Positions 41,818 to 50,854 of a stretch of 64,000 bases of DNA are shown one piece after another. The notes beneath the pieces were generated by a model, which saw only the letters and a program-made list of their open reading frames with translations, made no database searches and had not been told where the DNA came from. A program made the position numbers and the translations under genes. The number at the start of each line of letters is the position of its first letter. Position 1 is the first letter of the stretch. Source of the stretch: an uncultured archaeon (lineage in GTDB: Archaea > Aenigmatarchaeota > Aenigmatarchaeia > CG10238-14 > SCSR01); contig CAYJQI010000001.1 of the NCBI GenBank assembly GCA_964372485.1, positions 707,829 to 771,828 on the forward strand, read 5' to 3'.

Positions 41818-42219
41818 ATGAGATTTGGTGGAAGAGGAGGTTTCGGTGGTGGACGCCGTTTTGGTGGATCAAGATTTGACCGAAATTTCGAAAGAAATGA
41901 CGAACCAAAGCCAATAAAAGTTGGCGAAGAATACGACGTTGAGATAAAAGAAACCGGATCAAAAGGAGACGGTATAGCTAGAATCAAAAACTTCGTTGTG
42001 TTCGTTAACGGAACAAAGCTTGGAGATAAAGCTCACGTAAAAATTACAGAAGTGAGAAACAGATTCGCAATAGCTGAAAAAACTGGCGAAGCAACCGGAG
42101 CAACAACTGAAGTTTCAGAAAAATCCGAAGGAGAGGAAACTGAAATGAAAAAGTATGACGACGAAGATAATGAAGAAGGAGACGGAAGTTCCGAAGAAGG
42201 GCAGGAAGACGAGGAATAA
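41818..42219 (+). CDS. TRAM-domain RNA-binding protein flanked by an N-terminal RGG/GAR-like tract and an acidic C-terminal tail
   Basis: The N-terminal tract is MRFGGRGGFGGGRRFGGSRFDR. The TRAM core is VGEEYDVEIKETGSKGDGIARIKNFVVFVNGTKLGDKAHVKITEV. The tail is EGEETEMKKYDDEDNEEGDGSSEEGQEDEE. Confidence 0.75.
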   Translation: MRFGGRGGFGGGRRFGGSRFDRNFERNDEPKPIKVGEEYDVEIKETGSKGDGIARIKNFVVFVNGTKLGDKAHVKITEVRNRFAIAEKTGEATGATTEVSEKSEGEETEMKKYDDEDNEEGDGSSEEGQEDEE

Positions 42220-42316
42220 TTGATCTTCTTTCGCTCAATCAGTTTTCCTTTTATTTTTTAATTTCTTTACATCATCATTTTAGCTAACATTTTAATCTTT
42301 CAATCTAAATAGAATT

Positions 42317-42859
42317 ATGGACGAGATGCCTGATGAGGTTATATTGAAAACTTCCCGAATATACTTCTTGGGAAATTATTTCATTGCGGGACTCGTAATA
42401 ATTTTACTTATTCTAAGTTATTTTGTTTTTGATTTACAGTTTTCGTTTCTTCCAAAAACAGGAAATGAACTTTTATCAACTACAATAATTCTTGCTGTAT
42501 TTACAGGAGCGTTGCTTTTCATTGAACAACCTGAATGGGCAAGATTTAGAACCAAATTTATTGTAACAATGAATGAAGTTATCAAACATGAAGGGATTTT
42601 AGCGAAAGAAAAGGTTGTGCTGCCATATGCAACTGTCGCAGATATACGAGTAGAGAAGAGTTTTCTCGGAAGACTTCTTAATTATGGTACATTAAGTGTG
42701 AGTTCGTTCAAGGCTGGGAGTGATATGATAATGGAGGGAGTAAGACGACCAGAGAGAGTGCATGTGATGATACAGAATCGAGTTAATCTTATCCGAGAAG
42801 GACAGATACAAATGTTCAGGAAGAAGGGAAAGGACAAAGAAGAAAAGGACGAAGAATAA
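42317..42859 (+). CDS. Membrane protein with a bacterial PH-like (bPH_2/DUF304, YdbS/YdbT-type) domain
   Basis: It has two TM helices followed by EGILAKEKVVLPYATVADIRVEKSFLGRLLNYGTLSV. Confidence 0.6.
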   Translation: MDEMPDEVILKTSRIYFLGNYFIAGLVIILLILSYFVFDLQFSFLPKTGNELLSTTIILAVFTGALLFIEQPEWARFRTKFIVTMNEVIKHEGILAKEKVVLPYATVADIRVEKSFLGRLLNYGTLSVSSFKAGSDMIMEGVRRPERVHVMIQNRVNLIREGQIQMFRKKGKDKEEKDEE

Positions 42860-42868
42860 AATTCTATC

Positions 42869-43756
42869 ATGCCTGTTAATGCTGGACCCGAGTATTTTGC
42901 TGCTGAGAAAAGATATTCTGAAGCTAGACATGTTGACGATAAGATTGCCGCACTTAAGGATATGATAAGATATGCTCCAAAACATAAAGGAGCTGAAAAT
43001 TTATTAGCAGATTTAAGAAAGCGATTGGCAAAATTGAAGAGAGAAGCTGTTGTTGAAAGAAAGAAGTCACATAAACCGAAATTTACTATCAGAAAAGAAG
43101 GTGCAGCTCAGGTATGTATTATTGGGTTGACGAATTCTGGTAAAAGTACGTTGTTGAATGTTTTAACAAATGCTAAAGCTGAAGTTGCAGAGTATCCATA
43201 CACGACAAAAGAACCACATGTGGGAATGATGTTGTATAACGACCTTCATTTTCAATTAATTGAAATCCCCTCATCGTTTGATCGAGATTCATTAGGATTT
43301 TTACATTCATCAGATTTGATAATAATTTTATTGGACGCTACTCAAAATACCGAAGAACAAAAAATAAAGTTACTAAATATTCTAAAGGTAAATCGACTTT
43401 TGCATAAGAAAGTTGTATTTGCGAAAAACAAAAGCAAAGTATGTGGATTGGATCAGAGTATAGTTTGTATTGATGCGCAATCTAAAGTTGGATTGGATGA
43501 ATTGAAAGAAAAGATATGGGAAAATTTGGATTTGATAAAAGTTTATACAAAATCACCTCGTAAACCAAAGGATATACCTGCGCTTGCATTAGAAAAAGGA
43601 TCTACTATAGAAGATCTGGCAAAGGAGATCCACAAAGATTTTCTCAGAACTTTCAAGTTTGCAAAAATATTCAATTCGACGAAATTCTCGGGGAAAAAAG
43701 TTGGATTAGAATACAAATTGCATAATAATGATGTTGTGGAAATACACGCGGATTAA
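42869..43756 (+). CDS. DRG-family (developmentally regulated) GTP-binding protein with a TGS domain, compact form
   Basis: The DRG-type N-terminal helix region is KHKGAENLLADLRKRLAKLKRE. The G1 motif is IIGLTNSGKSTLLN, G2 is YPYTT, and there is a C-terminal TGS-like beta-grasp. Confidence 0.8.
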   Translation: MPVNAGPEYFAAEKRYSEARHVDDKIAALKDMIRYAPKHKGAENLLADLRKRLAKLKREAVVERKKSHKPKFTIRKEGAAQVCIIGLTNSGKSTLLNVLTNAKAEVAEYPYTTKEPHVGMMLYNDLHFQLIEIPSSFDRDSLGFLHSSDLIIILLDATQNTEEQKIKLLNILKVNRLLHKKVVFAKNKSKVCGLDQSIVCIDAQSKVGLDELKEKIWENLDLIKVYTKSPRKPKDIPALALEKGSTIEDLAKEIHKDFLRTFKFAKIFNSTKFSGKKVGLEYKLHNNDVVEIHAD

Positions 43757-44790
43757 ATTGTAACAGTTTCTGGTTTTTCTAAGCTTAAGAAGTCTGTTGA
43801 ATATGTATAAGCACCTGCATTAAGGAAAATTATCTTGTCACCAACTTTAGGATTATCCAAATATACTCTATATCTAAAAACATCCATAGAATCTGGTGTA
43901 AATCCCTTTATTGTGAATCGTTGACCTTGATTTTCCTCAAGTTCCCCATCAACTAATAATCTTATGTGAGTTACAAAAGTATCCATCGCTGAATTGTAGA
44001 CTGAACAATTTACAATAATATTATTTTCATATATCGCGATTATTTCTGTTTCAAGTTTAATACATGGCGCTGCAAGAAATCTTCCCGGTTCTGCGATTAT
44101 TTGAATATTAAATTCTTCCAACCATTCTTTGAATTCTTTTATTTTATTAAAAATGTGATTGAGATTATCAACGGTATAGTTCTTGTAATTTATTGGTAAC
44201 CCTCCACCTATGTTAACAATATCAATAGATTTCAATGTTTGTTCGTTCAAAATGTCTTGCAATTCTTCTTTCAGTGACCATTCACTTATATTCTGAGTTT
44301 TTCTATGAAAATGTATTCCTAATTTTTCGATATTTGGATTTTTCCTAAGTTGTGGAATTAATTCATTGATTTGTTTTGAATACATTCCAAAAACAAAATG
44401 CCTTTCGGTTCGTATTGTGTATTCTTTCATTTTCATTCGGAGGAGTAAATTCACTTTAAAATCTTTCTTTGATATGTAATCAAGTAATGTTTGCAAATCT
44501 TTTACATTATCAACTATGAATGATTTCAAATTTTTCGAAAATAACAAATCTAAATCGTTTTCATTCCATGCTTGACCAACAAACCAGATTTTGCCTTTGT
44601 CTTTCACAACATCCAGATATCTTGTAGAGTGAATTGTAAACCATGAATCTGTTTCATCTTCCAAAGTTTTCGCAATTATTGGATTTGTTTTAACACTGTA
44701 GGATACATTTCCAACCAATTCTTTCAAAATATTATACTGATCTAATAATTTTGATTTGTCAAGTAAAAATCTAGGTTTCATTTCATTCAT
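43753..44790 (-). CDS. PLP-dependent Orn/DAP/Arg decarboxylase family (fold type III) enzyme
   Basis: The PLP-Lys region is SYSVKTNP. HFHRKTQ, NIGGGLPINY, AEPGRFLAAPC and NAGAYTYS are also present. It overlaps the 3' end of the deoxyhypusine synthase gene, which lies upstream on the same strand. Confidence 0.75.
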   Translation of the reverse strand: MNEMKPRFLLDKSKLLDQYNILKELVGNVSYSVKTNPIIAKTLEDETDSWFTIHSTRYLDVVKDKGKIWFVGQAWNENDLDLLFSKNLKSFIVDNVKDLQTLLDYISKKDFKVNLLLRMKMKEYTIRTERHFVFGMYSKQINELIPQLRKNPNIEKLGIHFHRKTQNISEWSLKEELQDILNEQTLKSIDIVNIGGGLPINYKNYTVDNLNHIFNKIKEFKEWLEEFNIQIIAEPGRFLAAPCIKLETEIIAIYENNIIVNCSVYNSAMDTFVTHIRLLVDGELEENQGQRFTIKGFTPDSMDVFRYRVYLDNPKVGDKIIFLNAGAYTYSTDFLSLEKPETVTI

Positions 44791-45727
44791 CTTTTATAAT
44801 TCCTTTCCTTGAAAGGTCTTCCATCGCACGTATCATTGCAAGCGGGAATGTTATTGTAACATCTCCTATTACAGTTGAAACATCGGAATTGTCTTTTATC
44901 TTTCCCCAACTTTTTGCTTCTTTAGTTGTTGCACCACTCATACTTCCAGATGATTGACGAGATGTTGTCATGTAAACAGCATAGTCTAATCCACCATTGA
45001 TTAAGGATGCAAGTATTGCATGATGTTTCGATACTCCTCCACCAAGAGAAATTATTCCTTTAATATCGTCTTGGCTTGTTGAAAACATTATATTTGAGAA
45101 ATCTTTCACGACATCAATGATAAAATCAGGATTTTTTTGCTGGAACATAAATAAATGGAATCCTAAGGCACCATCTGTTATTGCAGGGCAGAATATAGGG
45201 ACATTATTTTTAGCGGCCTGATATAGAATTGAATTTTCGTCATTCATCATCAATCCAAATTCTTTCAACATCTCAGACACAGTCCATCGTTTTTGTTTCT
45301 GGTAAATTTTCTTAAGCATGTCATTTACAATATCTTCGAACTTTTCGTAACTTTGATTTGTTACAAGGATATTTCCAACTCGATTAGAACCTTTTTCATG
45401 AAGTTCAACATCGTCAGAATTAAAATCTCCTATCATGAATTTTTCACCAAATGATCTCATTATATCTTCTTCAATGGCACCAGTAGTTGTAACAATGATG
45501 TTAGCCATTTTCAACCGAACTACTTGTGAAAAAAATCCTCTTAACCCAGATGTAACCATGTTAGAAGTGAAAGTAAGAAATATTTTCGCACCGGATTCTT
45601 TCATTTTAATAATAGTTTGTGATGCTTTCTCTAGTTCAACACTTTGAAATCCAACATTGCCTAAAGATGTAACTAGGTCATCGACGGTCATTCCTTTCTT
45701 CCATTGAAAATCTTTTACATAAGCCAT
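44783..45727 (-). CDS. dys: Deoxyhypusine synthase
   Basis: Full-length DHS pattern, including IFLTFTSNMVTSGLR, GGGVSKHH and TSRQSSGSMSGATTKEAKSWGKI. Confidence 0.92.
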   Translation of the reverse strand: MAYVKDFQWKKGMTVDDLVTSLGNVGFQSVELEKASQTIIKMKESGAKIFLTFTSNMVTSGLRGFFSQVVRLKMANIIVTTTGAIEEDIMRSFGEKFMIGDFNSDDVELHEKGSNRVGNILVTNQSYEKFEDIVNDMLKKIYQKQKRWTVSEMLKEFGLMMNDENSILYQAAKNNVPIFCPAITDGALGFHLFMFQQKNPDFIIDVVKDFSNIMFSTSQDDIKGIISLGGGVSKHHAILASLINGGLDYAVYMTTSRQSSGSMSGATTKEAKSWGKIKDNSDVSTVIGDVTITFPLAMIRAMEDLSRKGIIKDE

Positions 45728-45868
45728 AATATCAGCTGAATGGGATAATGAAATCTAAAGAGACAGAGAAATTTTATATGTAAACTTTCTTGCATTCGTT
45801 AGTTTTGAACGAGATTGTTATCCCCTAATAATTGAATTAATGGAAGAGTATTTAAAGATTTTAAACAT

Positions 45869-46420
45869 TTAGAGAACTTTAGCTGTTAGGATCTTAACTT
45901 CTATTATCGGTTTGTCATTATTATCTGTCTGCACTTTAGCTATTGCATCAACAACACTCATCCCTTCAACAACTTTACCAAATACAGGATGTCCGCTGTT
46001 GAGGTGATCGTTATTGACGAGATTAATGAAGAATTGACTTCCACCTGTGTTAGGTCCGGCATTTGCCATTGCAATTGTTCCACGATTATTTTTCTGTTCA
46101 CCAGTAAACTCATCCCTTATCGTATATCCAGGTCCACCCATTCCAGTTCCTGTAGGATCACCTCCCTGAATCATAAATCCATCAATCACTCTATGGAAAA
46201 TAACACCGTCATAGAATCCTTCTTTAACAAGTTTCTCAAAATTACCTGCAGTAATTGGTTTGTCTGCGTAAAGTTCTATAACAATTTTACCCATTGTTGT
46301 TTCAAGTGAAACTCTTTTTGCCATGTTTTCTTCTACTACATTATCCTTTGAAATAATAAAGTATGTGCTTATTATCAAAATTACTCCCACGGCTATAATG
46401 AGATTCTGTTTGTTGAACAT
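45869..46420 (-). CDS. Cyclophilin-type peptidyl-prolyl isomerase with an N-terminal membrane anchor
   Basis: The motifs FHRVIDGFMIQGGDP, MANAGPNTGGSQFFI and HPVFGKVVEGM are present. Confidence 0.93.
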   Translation of the reverse strand: MFNKQNLIIAVGVILIISTYFIISKDNVVEENMAKRVSLETTMGKIVIELYADKPITAGNFEKLVKEGFYDGVIFHRVIDGFMIQGGDPTGTGMGGPGYTIRDEFTGEQKNNRGTIAMANAGPNTGGSQFFINLVNNDHLNSGHPVFGKVVEGMSVVDAIAKVQTDNNDKPIIEVKILTAKVL

Positions 46421-46454
46421 TGAATTAATTTTCCCTTTTGGATTTATAAATTAA

Positions 46455-46835
46455 CTATCTTATGAAAATAACTGCTAAAACTGTTACAATAGCAACTCCA
46501 ATCACAGCAGCTATAACATAATAGAAAGTTGAACCATCCATACTGGGTTGATTATTACTTTCGTTATTATTTGTACTAGTATTTTGAATCGTAGTGGTTC
46601 TATTCTTCGTACAACTTTGCATTTCTACAGGTTTGCTTGATGTTGTTCCACATTTATTCAAATCGTTACAGAATCGTGTTTCTTTACCATTTATACAGGC
46701 AAACCATTCTGTGCATTGCCAATTTTCACTGCAGTTTGCAGGATATTGTATCTCTATTTCCACTGGATCTGCTTTAACTGGAAATAGTAATAGAAGGAAT
46801 GAAAAAACAAGCGCGTATACAAGGGTTAATCGCAT
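46455..46835 (-). CDS. Small secreted Cys-rich protein with a C-terminal TM anchor
   Basis: Signal peptide, 8 Cys in about 50 aa (CSENWQCTEWFACINGKETRFCNDLNKCG...C), an Asn/Thr-rich linker and a TM segment. Confidence 0.55.
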   Translation of the reverse strand: MRLTLVYALVFSFLLLLFPVKADPVEIEIQYPANCSENWQCTEWFACINGKETRFCNDLNKCGTTSSKPVEMQSCTKNRTTTIQNTSTNNNESNNQPSMDGSTFYYVIAAVIGVAIVTVLAVIFIR

Positions 46836-46886
46836 CTTTCTCTATTATTTTTGGGGATTTAATACAATAAAACTTAACATATAATT

Positions 46887-49268
46887 ATGAGGTTTGTATT
46901 TCTTATTTTTACACTAACTTTTTTTCTAGTTTCAGTACAAGTTCAAAGTCAGCAGGCAGGACTTTATGTATCCGGTAAATTACTAAATTCTGATCAAACA
47001 CCATTGAATGCAATAATTAAAGTAACCGATATAGAAAATAATGTTTTTTCAAATGGAACTGATTCGTCTGGAAATTATAATTTGTACTTACCTGAAGTTG
47101 GAGTTTATGATATTGCATTTACATTTGAAAATTTACTAAACGTTGAGGATTATACTATAGAATTTCGTGATTTGGATTTGACCCAACGTGAAGAATTACG
47201 TGATCTGTTAATTATAACTCCTTTTAACGAGCAGAATAAACTTAAATTATCAATCGATTTTGTAGGATTGTTGGATGTTAAATTTCCGTCGGCTAAACCA
47301 TCTAAAGTATTGGTTGGTGGAATAGTCCTGACTCAGAATATATGCAGCGATATAGCTACAAATAACTGGTGCCATGAAAATGATAATCTGAGATTGAAAT
47401 TTATGGTTGAAGATAAGCAACCTGTAACTGAAACAGAGTTCACTTCGATTAAATCTGGATTTTGGTCGGATGCAAGTGTGTGGAAAACAAATAAAGTTCC
47501 GTCAACTAACGATGCTGTGTTAATTTCTACTGGAACAGAAGTGGAATATGATAAATTTTCAGATGAAGAAATAGAAAATGTAACTGTAATGGGAAAATTA
47601 AAATTCTCTCGTGCAAAAGACACGCAATTAGATGTTGGAAATATTATTGTCCAGCATGGAGGTTATCTCGAAGCTGGAATATTTTCAAATCCAATACCAT
47701 CTAGTATCAGATCATCTATAAGATTTGTTGTTTCTGATGAAAATCAATTTGTCGGTGGACCGGAGTTTCAAGCAACTGATATTGGACTATGGACGATGCA
47801 TGGAGGGAAAACAGAAATTCATGGCTCTCCAATCAAAATAACTTGGACTAAATTAGTTGAGGATGCTTCAGCCGGCTCGAATAAACTAATTGTTAACGAT
47901 ACAGTCGACTGGAAAGCTGGAGACAAAGTTATTATTACAAGCACAACTGATGATGGAAGTGAAACTGAAGAAAATACAATTTCTTCCATTTCCGGTAAGA
48001 CAATAACACTTCAAACTCCATTGAGTTATTCACATGATGGAAAAAATCCTGCACAGGCAGAAGTAGGTTTGTTGAGCAGGAATGTTTTAATCACTTCTAA
48101 ATATGGTGAAGGTAGAAGAGCCCATACAATCTACATGCATGGATCATATGGAAGTATAAGTTATGCTGAATTCAAATCTCTTGGGGTTTTTAACAAGCTG
48201 GGAAGATATCCGATTCATTTTCATATGGCAGAAGATACTTTGGTAGGAACCTTTGTTATAGGTGCAAGTATCTGGAATTCTGGAAACAGATGCATAACAG
48301 TTCATTCTACAAATGGAATAGCTATGGAAAATAATGTCGCGTATAATTCCACTGGTCATTGCTACTTTTTGGAAACTGGAAGCGAAAGCGGTGCTTTCTA
48401 CAGAAATAATTTTGTATCATATGTGAAACAGGGTCCTATACTTTCATCTGATTGTTCGAGTGCAGCTGGTTTTTGGATGCAAAGTACTAACCATACTTAC
48501 GTGAATAATGTAGCCAGTGCTGCAGGCGTAGGATTTGGCCTTGGACCAGGCAAATTCAACGGACCAATCACATTCACTTCGAATGAAGCCCATTCAAATG
48601 TAATAAAACAGGAAAATTACTGCAATGGAACTTCACGCAATACAGGCATTTGGATATACAAACATTCTGCCGGTATTGGCAATAAGCCGTCAGTAGGAGT
48701 AGTAAAAGATTTGAAGGTATGGAGAAATGAGATCGGATGGAGTCAGACAGGTTCGGCAGAAATTCGCGATTCTTTGTTTTTCGGAAATAGAAATATTAAC
48801 ATAGAATTTGGCGAACAAAAGGATAGTAAAATAATTAATTCCACTATATTAGGAAAACTTCCTGATGATGGTAGCAAGGATCCAAAAACAAAAATTGGAG
48901 CAAGGATCGCGATGCTTCCAGATTACAAATCTCCGCATCAGTTCATTAATACAATTTTCGCAAATCATTCAACAGCAGATGTTACTATATGGGAAAAACA
49001 AGAGGCTTATGGTTTTGCTACATTAAAAGATTCGAAGGTCCTTTCAGACAAAGGCATTATATTTGAACTGGAAGGAAAAGTAAATGTTTCCTCGTGGATT
49101 AGAGTTGAAAACTACGACGGCAAAAATAAAAATATTTTACCGAAAGATTTTGTACTGTTTAAAAATAATTCAAATTCAAGTATAGTTTCTCAAGGATGTT
49201 CCGAATGTGATTTTTCTAAATGTATATGGAATGAAAATTTCACAGCTTTGTTATGCCCACTTGATTAA
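46887..49268 (+). CDS. Secreted G8-domain / right-handed beta-helix protein
   Basis: Signal peptide. The G8-like segment is GFWSDASVWKTNKVPSTNDAVLISTGTEVEYD...VTVMGKLKF. Repeated beta-helix-like turns follow (N..A.NS.GH.., NN.., N...). Confidence 0.6.
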   Translation: MRFVFLIFTLTFFLVSVQVQSQQAGLYVSGKLLNSDQTPLNAIIKVTDIENNVFSNGTDSSGNYNLYLPEVGVYDIAFTFENLLNVEDYTIEFRDLDLTQREELRDLLIITPFNEQNKLKLSIDFVGLLDVKFPSAKPSKVLVGGIVLTQNICSDIATNNWCHENDNLRLKFMVEDKQPVTETEFTSIKSGFWSDASVWKTNKVPSTNDAVLISTGTEVEYDKFSDEEIENVTVMGKLKFSRAKDTQLDVGNIIVQHGGYLEAGIFSNPIPSSIRSSIRFVVSDENQFVGGPEFQATDIGLWTMHGGKTEIHGSPIKITWTKLVEDASAGSNKLIVNDTVDWKAGDKVIITSTTDDGSETEENTISSISGKTITLQTPLSYSHDGKNPAQAEVGLLSRNVLITSKYGEGRRAHTIYMHGSYGSISYAEFKSLGVFNKLGRYPIHFHMAEDTLVGTFVIGASIWNSGNRCITVHSTNGIAMENNVAYNSTGHCYFLETGSESGAFYRNNFVSYVKQGPILSSDCSSAAGFWMQSTNHTYVNNVASAAGVGFGLGPGKFNGPITFTSNEAHSNVIKQENYCNGTSRNTGIWIYKHSAGIGNKPSVGVVKDLKVWRNEIGWSQTGSAEIRDSLFFGNRNINIEFGEQKDSKIINSTILGKLPDDGSKDPKTKIGARIAMLPDYKSPHQFINTIFANHSTADVTIWEKQEAYGFATLKDSKVLSDKGIIFELEGKVNVSSWIRVENYDGKNKNILPKDFVLFKNNSNSSIVSQGCSECDFSKCIWNENFTALLCPLD

Positions 49269-49274
49269 ATTTTA

Positions 49275-49985
49275 TTACTGTTCTTCTAAATTATAAGATA
49301 ATGTCCATATTACATTGATTTTAGATGGGGTTGACATGTCATAAGGACGAGAAAAACTGAAAGTTCTGTATATATCTCTTTTTCTATTGCGGATTACTGG
49401 AAATCCTAGACCGCTAGCTATTTCTAAAAATATTACATCGCTTTTACCAGGTGGGATAAATAATGCTCTACGAGCTGATATTCTACCAAGTGATCTTAAA
49501 TAGCTTAAACCGGCTTCTTCCATACTTAAATCAATAGAATAATTCTGATCAATAGCATTAGACACTTCAAAATTTGCAAACATAGTTTCTATCCCCTTCG
49601 GAGTTAGTTCCACTAAGAGTGGATTGGGTATAGGACTATCATTGTGACTTGAAATCCATTTAATGTGAACAGGTAAGCTCTCTTCTGAAATACTGTATGG
49701 AGAATATCCAGTTACAAGTTGTAGTCTCGGATAACGTACTTGCTCCTCTAATGTAAAGTGCCCGGGAAATGCACCCCCTACTAATAAGCGGGATACAAGT
49801 CTATCATTTGGTGCATATAATAGAACTGCTTGACCATTTTGATAATTTTGATTCAAATGTTCTATTAGTTGAGAATGATCGCTCTCAAAAGGTATTCCAA
49901 GTTGTTCACCAATTCCTAGAGCGGAATCATGGTAAAGATCAGCTATTAGCATATTTGTTTGCAATGATGTTTGACCTGAAATCAT
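49275..49985 (-). CDS. Hypothetical protein translationally coupled to agmatinase
   Basis: ORF only. Its start overlaps the agmatinase stop by 4 nt. No family was recognised. Confidence 0.4.
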   Translation of the reverse strand: MISGQTSLQTNMLIADLYHDSALGIGEQLGIPFESDHSQLIEHLNQNYQNGQAVLLYAPNDRLVSRLLVGGAFPGHFTLEEQVRYPRLQLVTGYSPYSISEESLPVHIKWISSHNDSPIPNPLLVELTPKGIETMFANFEVSNAIDQNYSIDLSMEEAGLSYLRSLGRISARRALFIPPGKSDVIFLEIASGLGFPVIRNRKRDIYRTFSFSRPYDMSTPSKINVIWTLSYNLEEQ

Positions 49986-50827
49986 TTCAATAACCCTATC
50001 ATTTCAAAAACACATCTTATTACTAGAAATTCCGATATTTCACTATTTCCTATTGGATTCAAACAACACACATCGATTCCCACGACCTTTCCCTGATTTA
50101 ATTTTATAGAATTTTTAAAATCATTGAAAAATATTCCATCAGGTTCAGGCATATCAACATCAGGACAAATGCTGGGATCAAATACATCTACATCAAGGGA
50201 AATATAGACATCGGAATTTGCGGTAAACTTTCTTATCGTATCTGCGATTTCATTTTTATTTTCAATTACTTGCCTACTTGTATAAAATTTTATTCCACTT
50301 TGTTTCAAATCATTAAACTCAAATTCATCACAAGATCTAACACCAATAACCATAATATTTTCCGGTTTAATAAATTCAGAAACTCTTCTCAACCAAGTTG
50401 CATCATTAATTTTTGGATTAAATTCAATTCCTTCAATAGTATCCATATCTCGAATCTTCTCATCTTCATAAGAATTTTTGAAATCTCCGTGAGCATCAAA
50501 GACAATCAATTTGATATTCTCATACGCTTTCAATGAATACAAAGATAACAAATGATTTCCACCAAGTATTAAAGGAACTTTATTCATATCACGAATCTTT
50601 TTCACTTGAGCTGTGATTTTATCAAAAGAAGTTAATTCAACGTCTCCAACATCATGAACTTTGGCATTTTCCAGAAGATTAGTCCCGGAATCAAGGTCCA
50701 TAGGTTCTACAAACTGGCTGATTCTTCGTAATTCATCTAAAGATTTTCTAGAATTCTTTCCCAGAGGTACTCCAAAAGCTACCACATTAGATTCTTCCAA
50801 CGTAAAGTTCGAATTGATGAATTGCAT
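49982..50827 (-). CDS. speB: Agmatinase/arginase-family ureohydrolase
   Basis: The Mn-binding blocks are LGGNH, VFDAHGDF and ISLDVDVFDP. Confidence 0.85.
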   Translation of the reverse strand: MQFINSNFTLEESNVVAFGVPLGKNSRKSLDELRRISQFVEPMDLDSGTNLLENAKVHDVGDVELTSFDKITAQVKKIRDMNKVPLILGGNHLLSLYSLKAYENIKLIVFDAHGDFKNSYEDEKIRDMDTIEGIEFNPKINDATWLRRVSEFIKPENIMVIGVRSCDEFEFNDLKQSGIKFYTSRQVIENKNEIADTIRKFTANSDVYISLDVDVFDPSICPDVDMPEPDGIFFNDFKNSIKLNQGKVVGIDVCCLNPIGNSEISEFLVIRCVFEMIGLLK

Positions 50828-50854
50828 AATCCTAATGAGAAGGAAAAGATTAAA

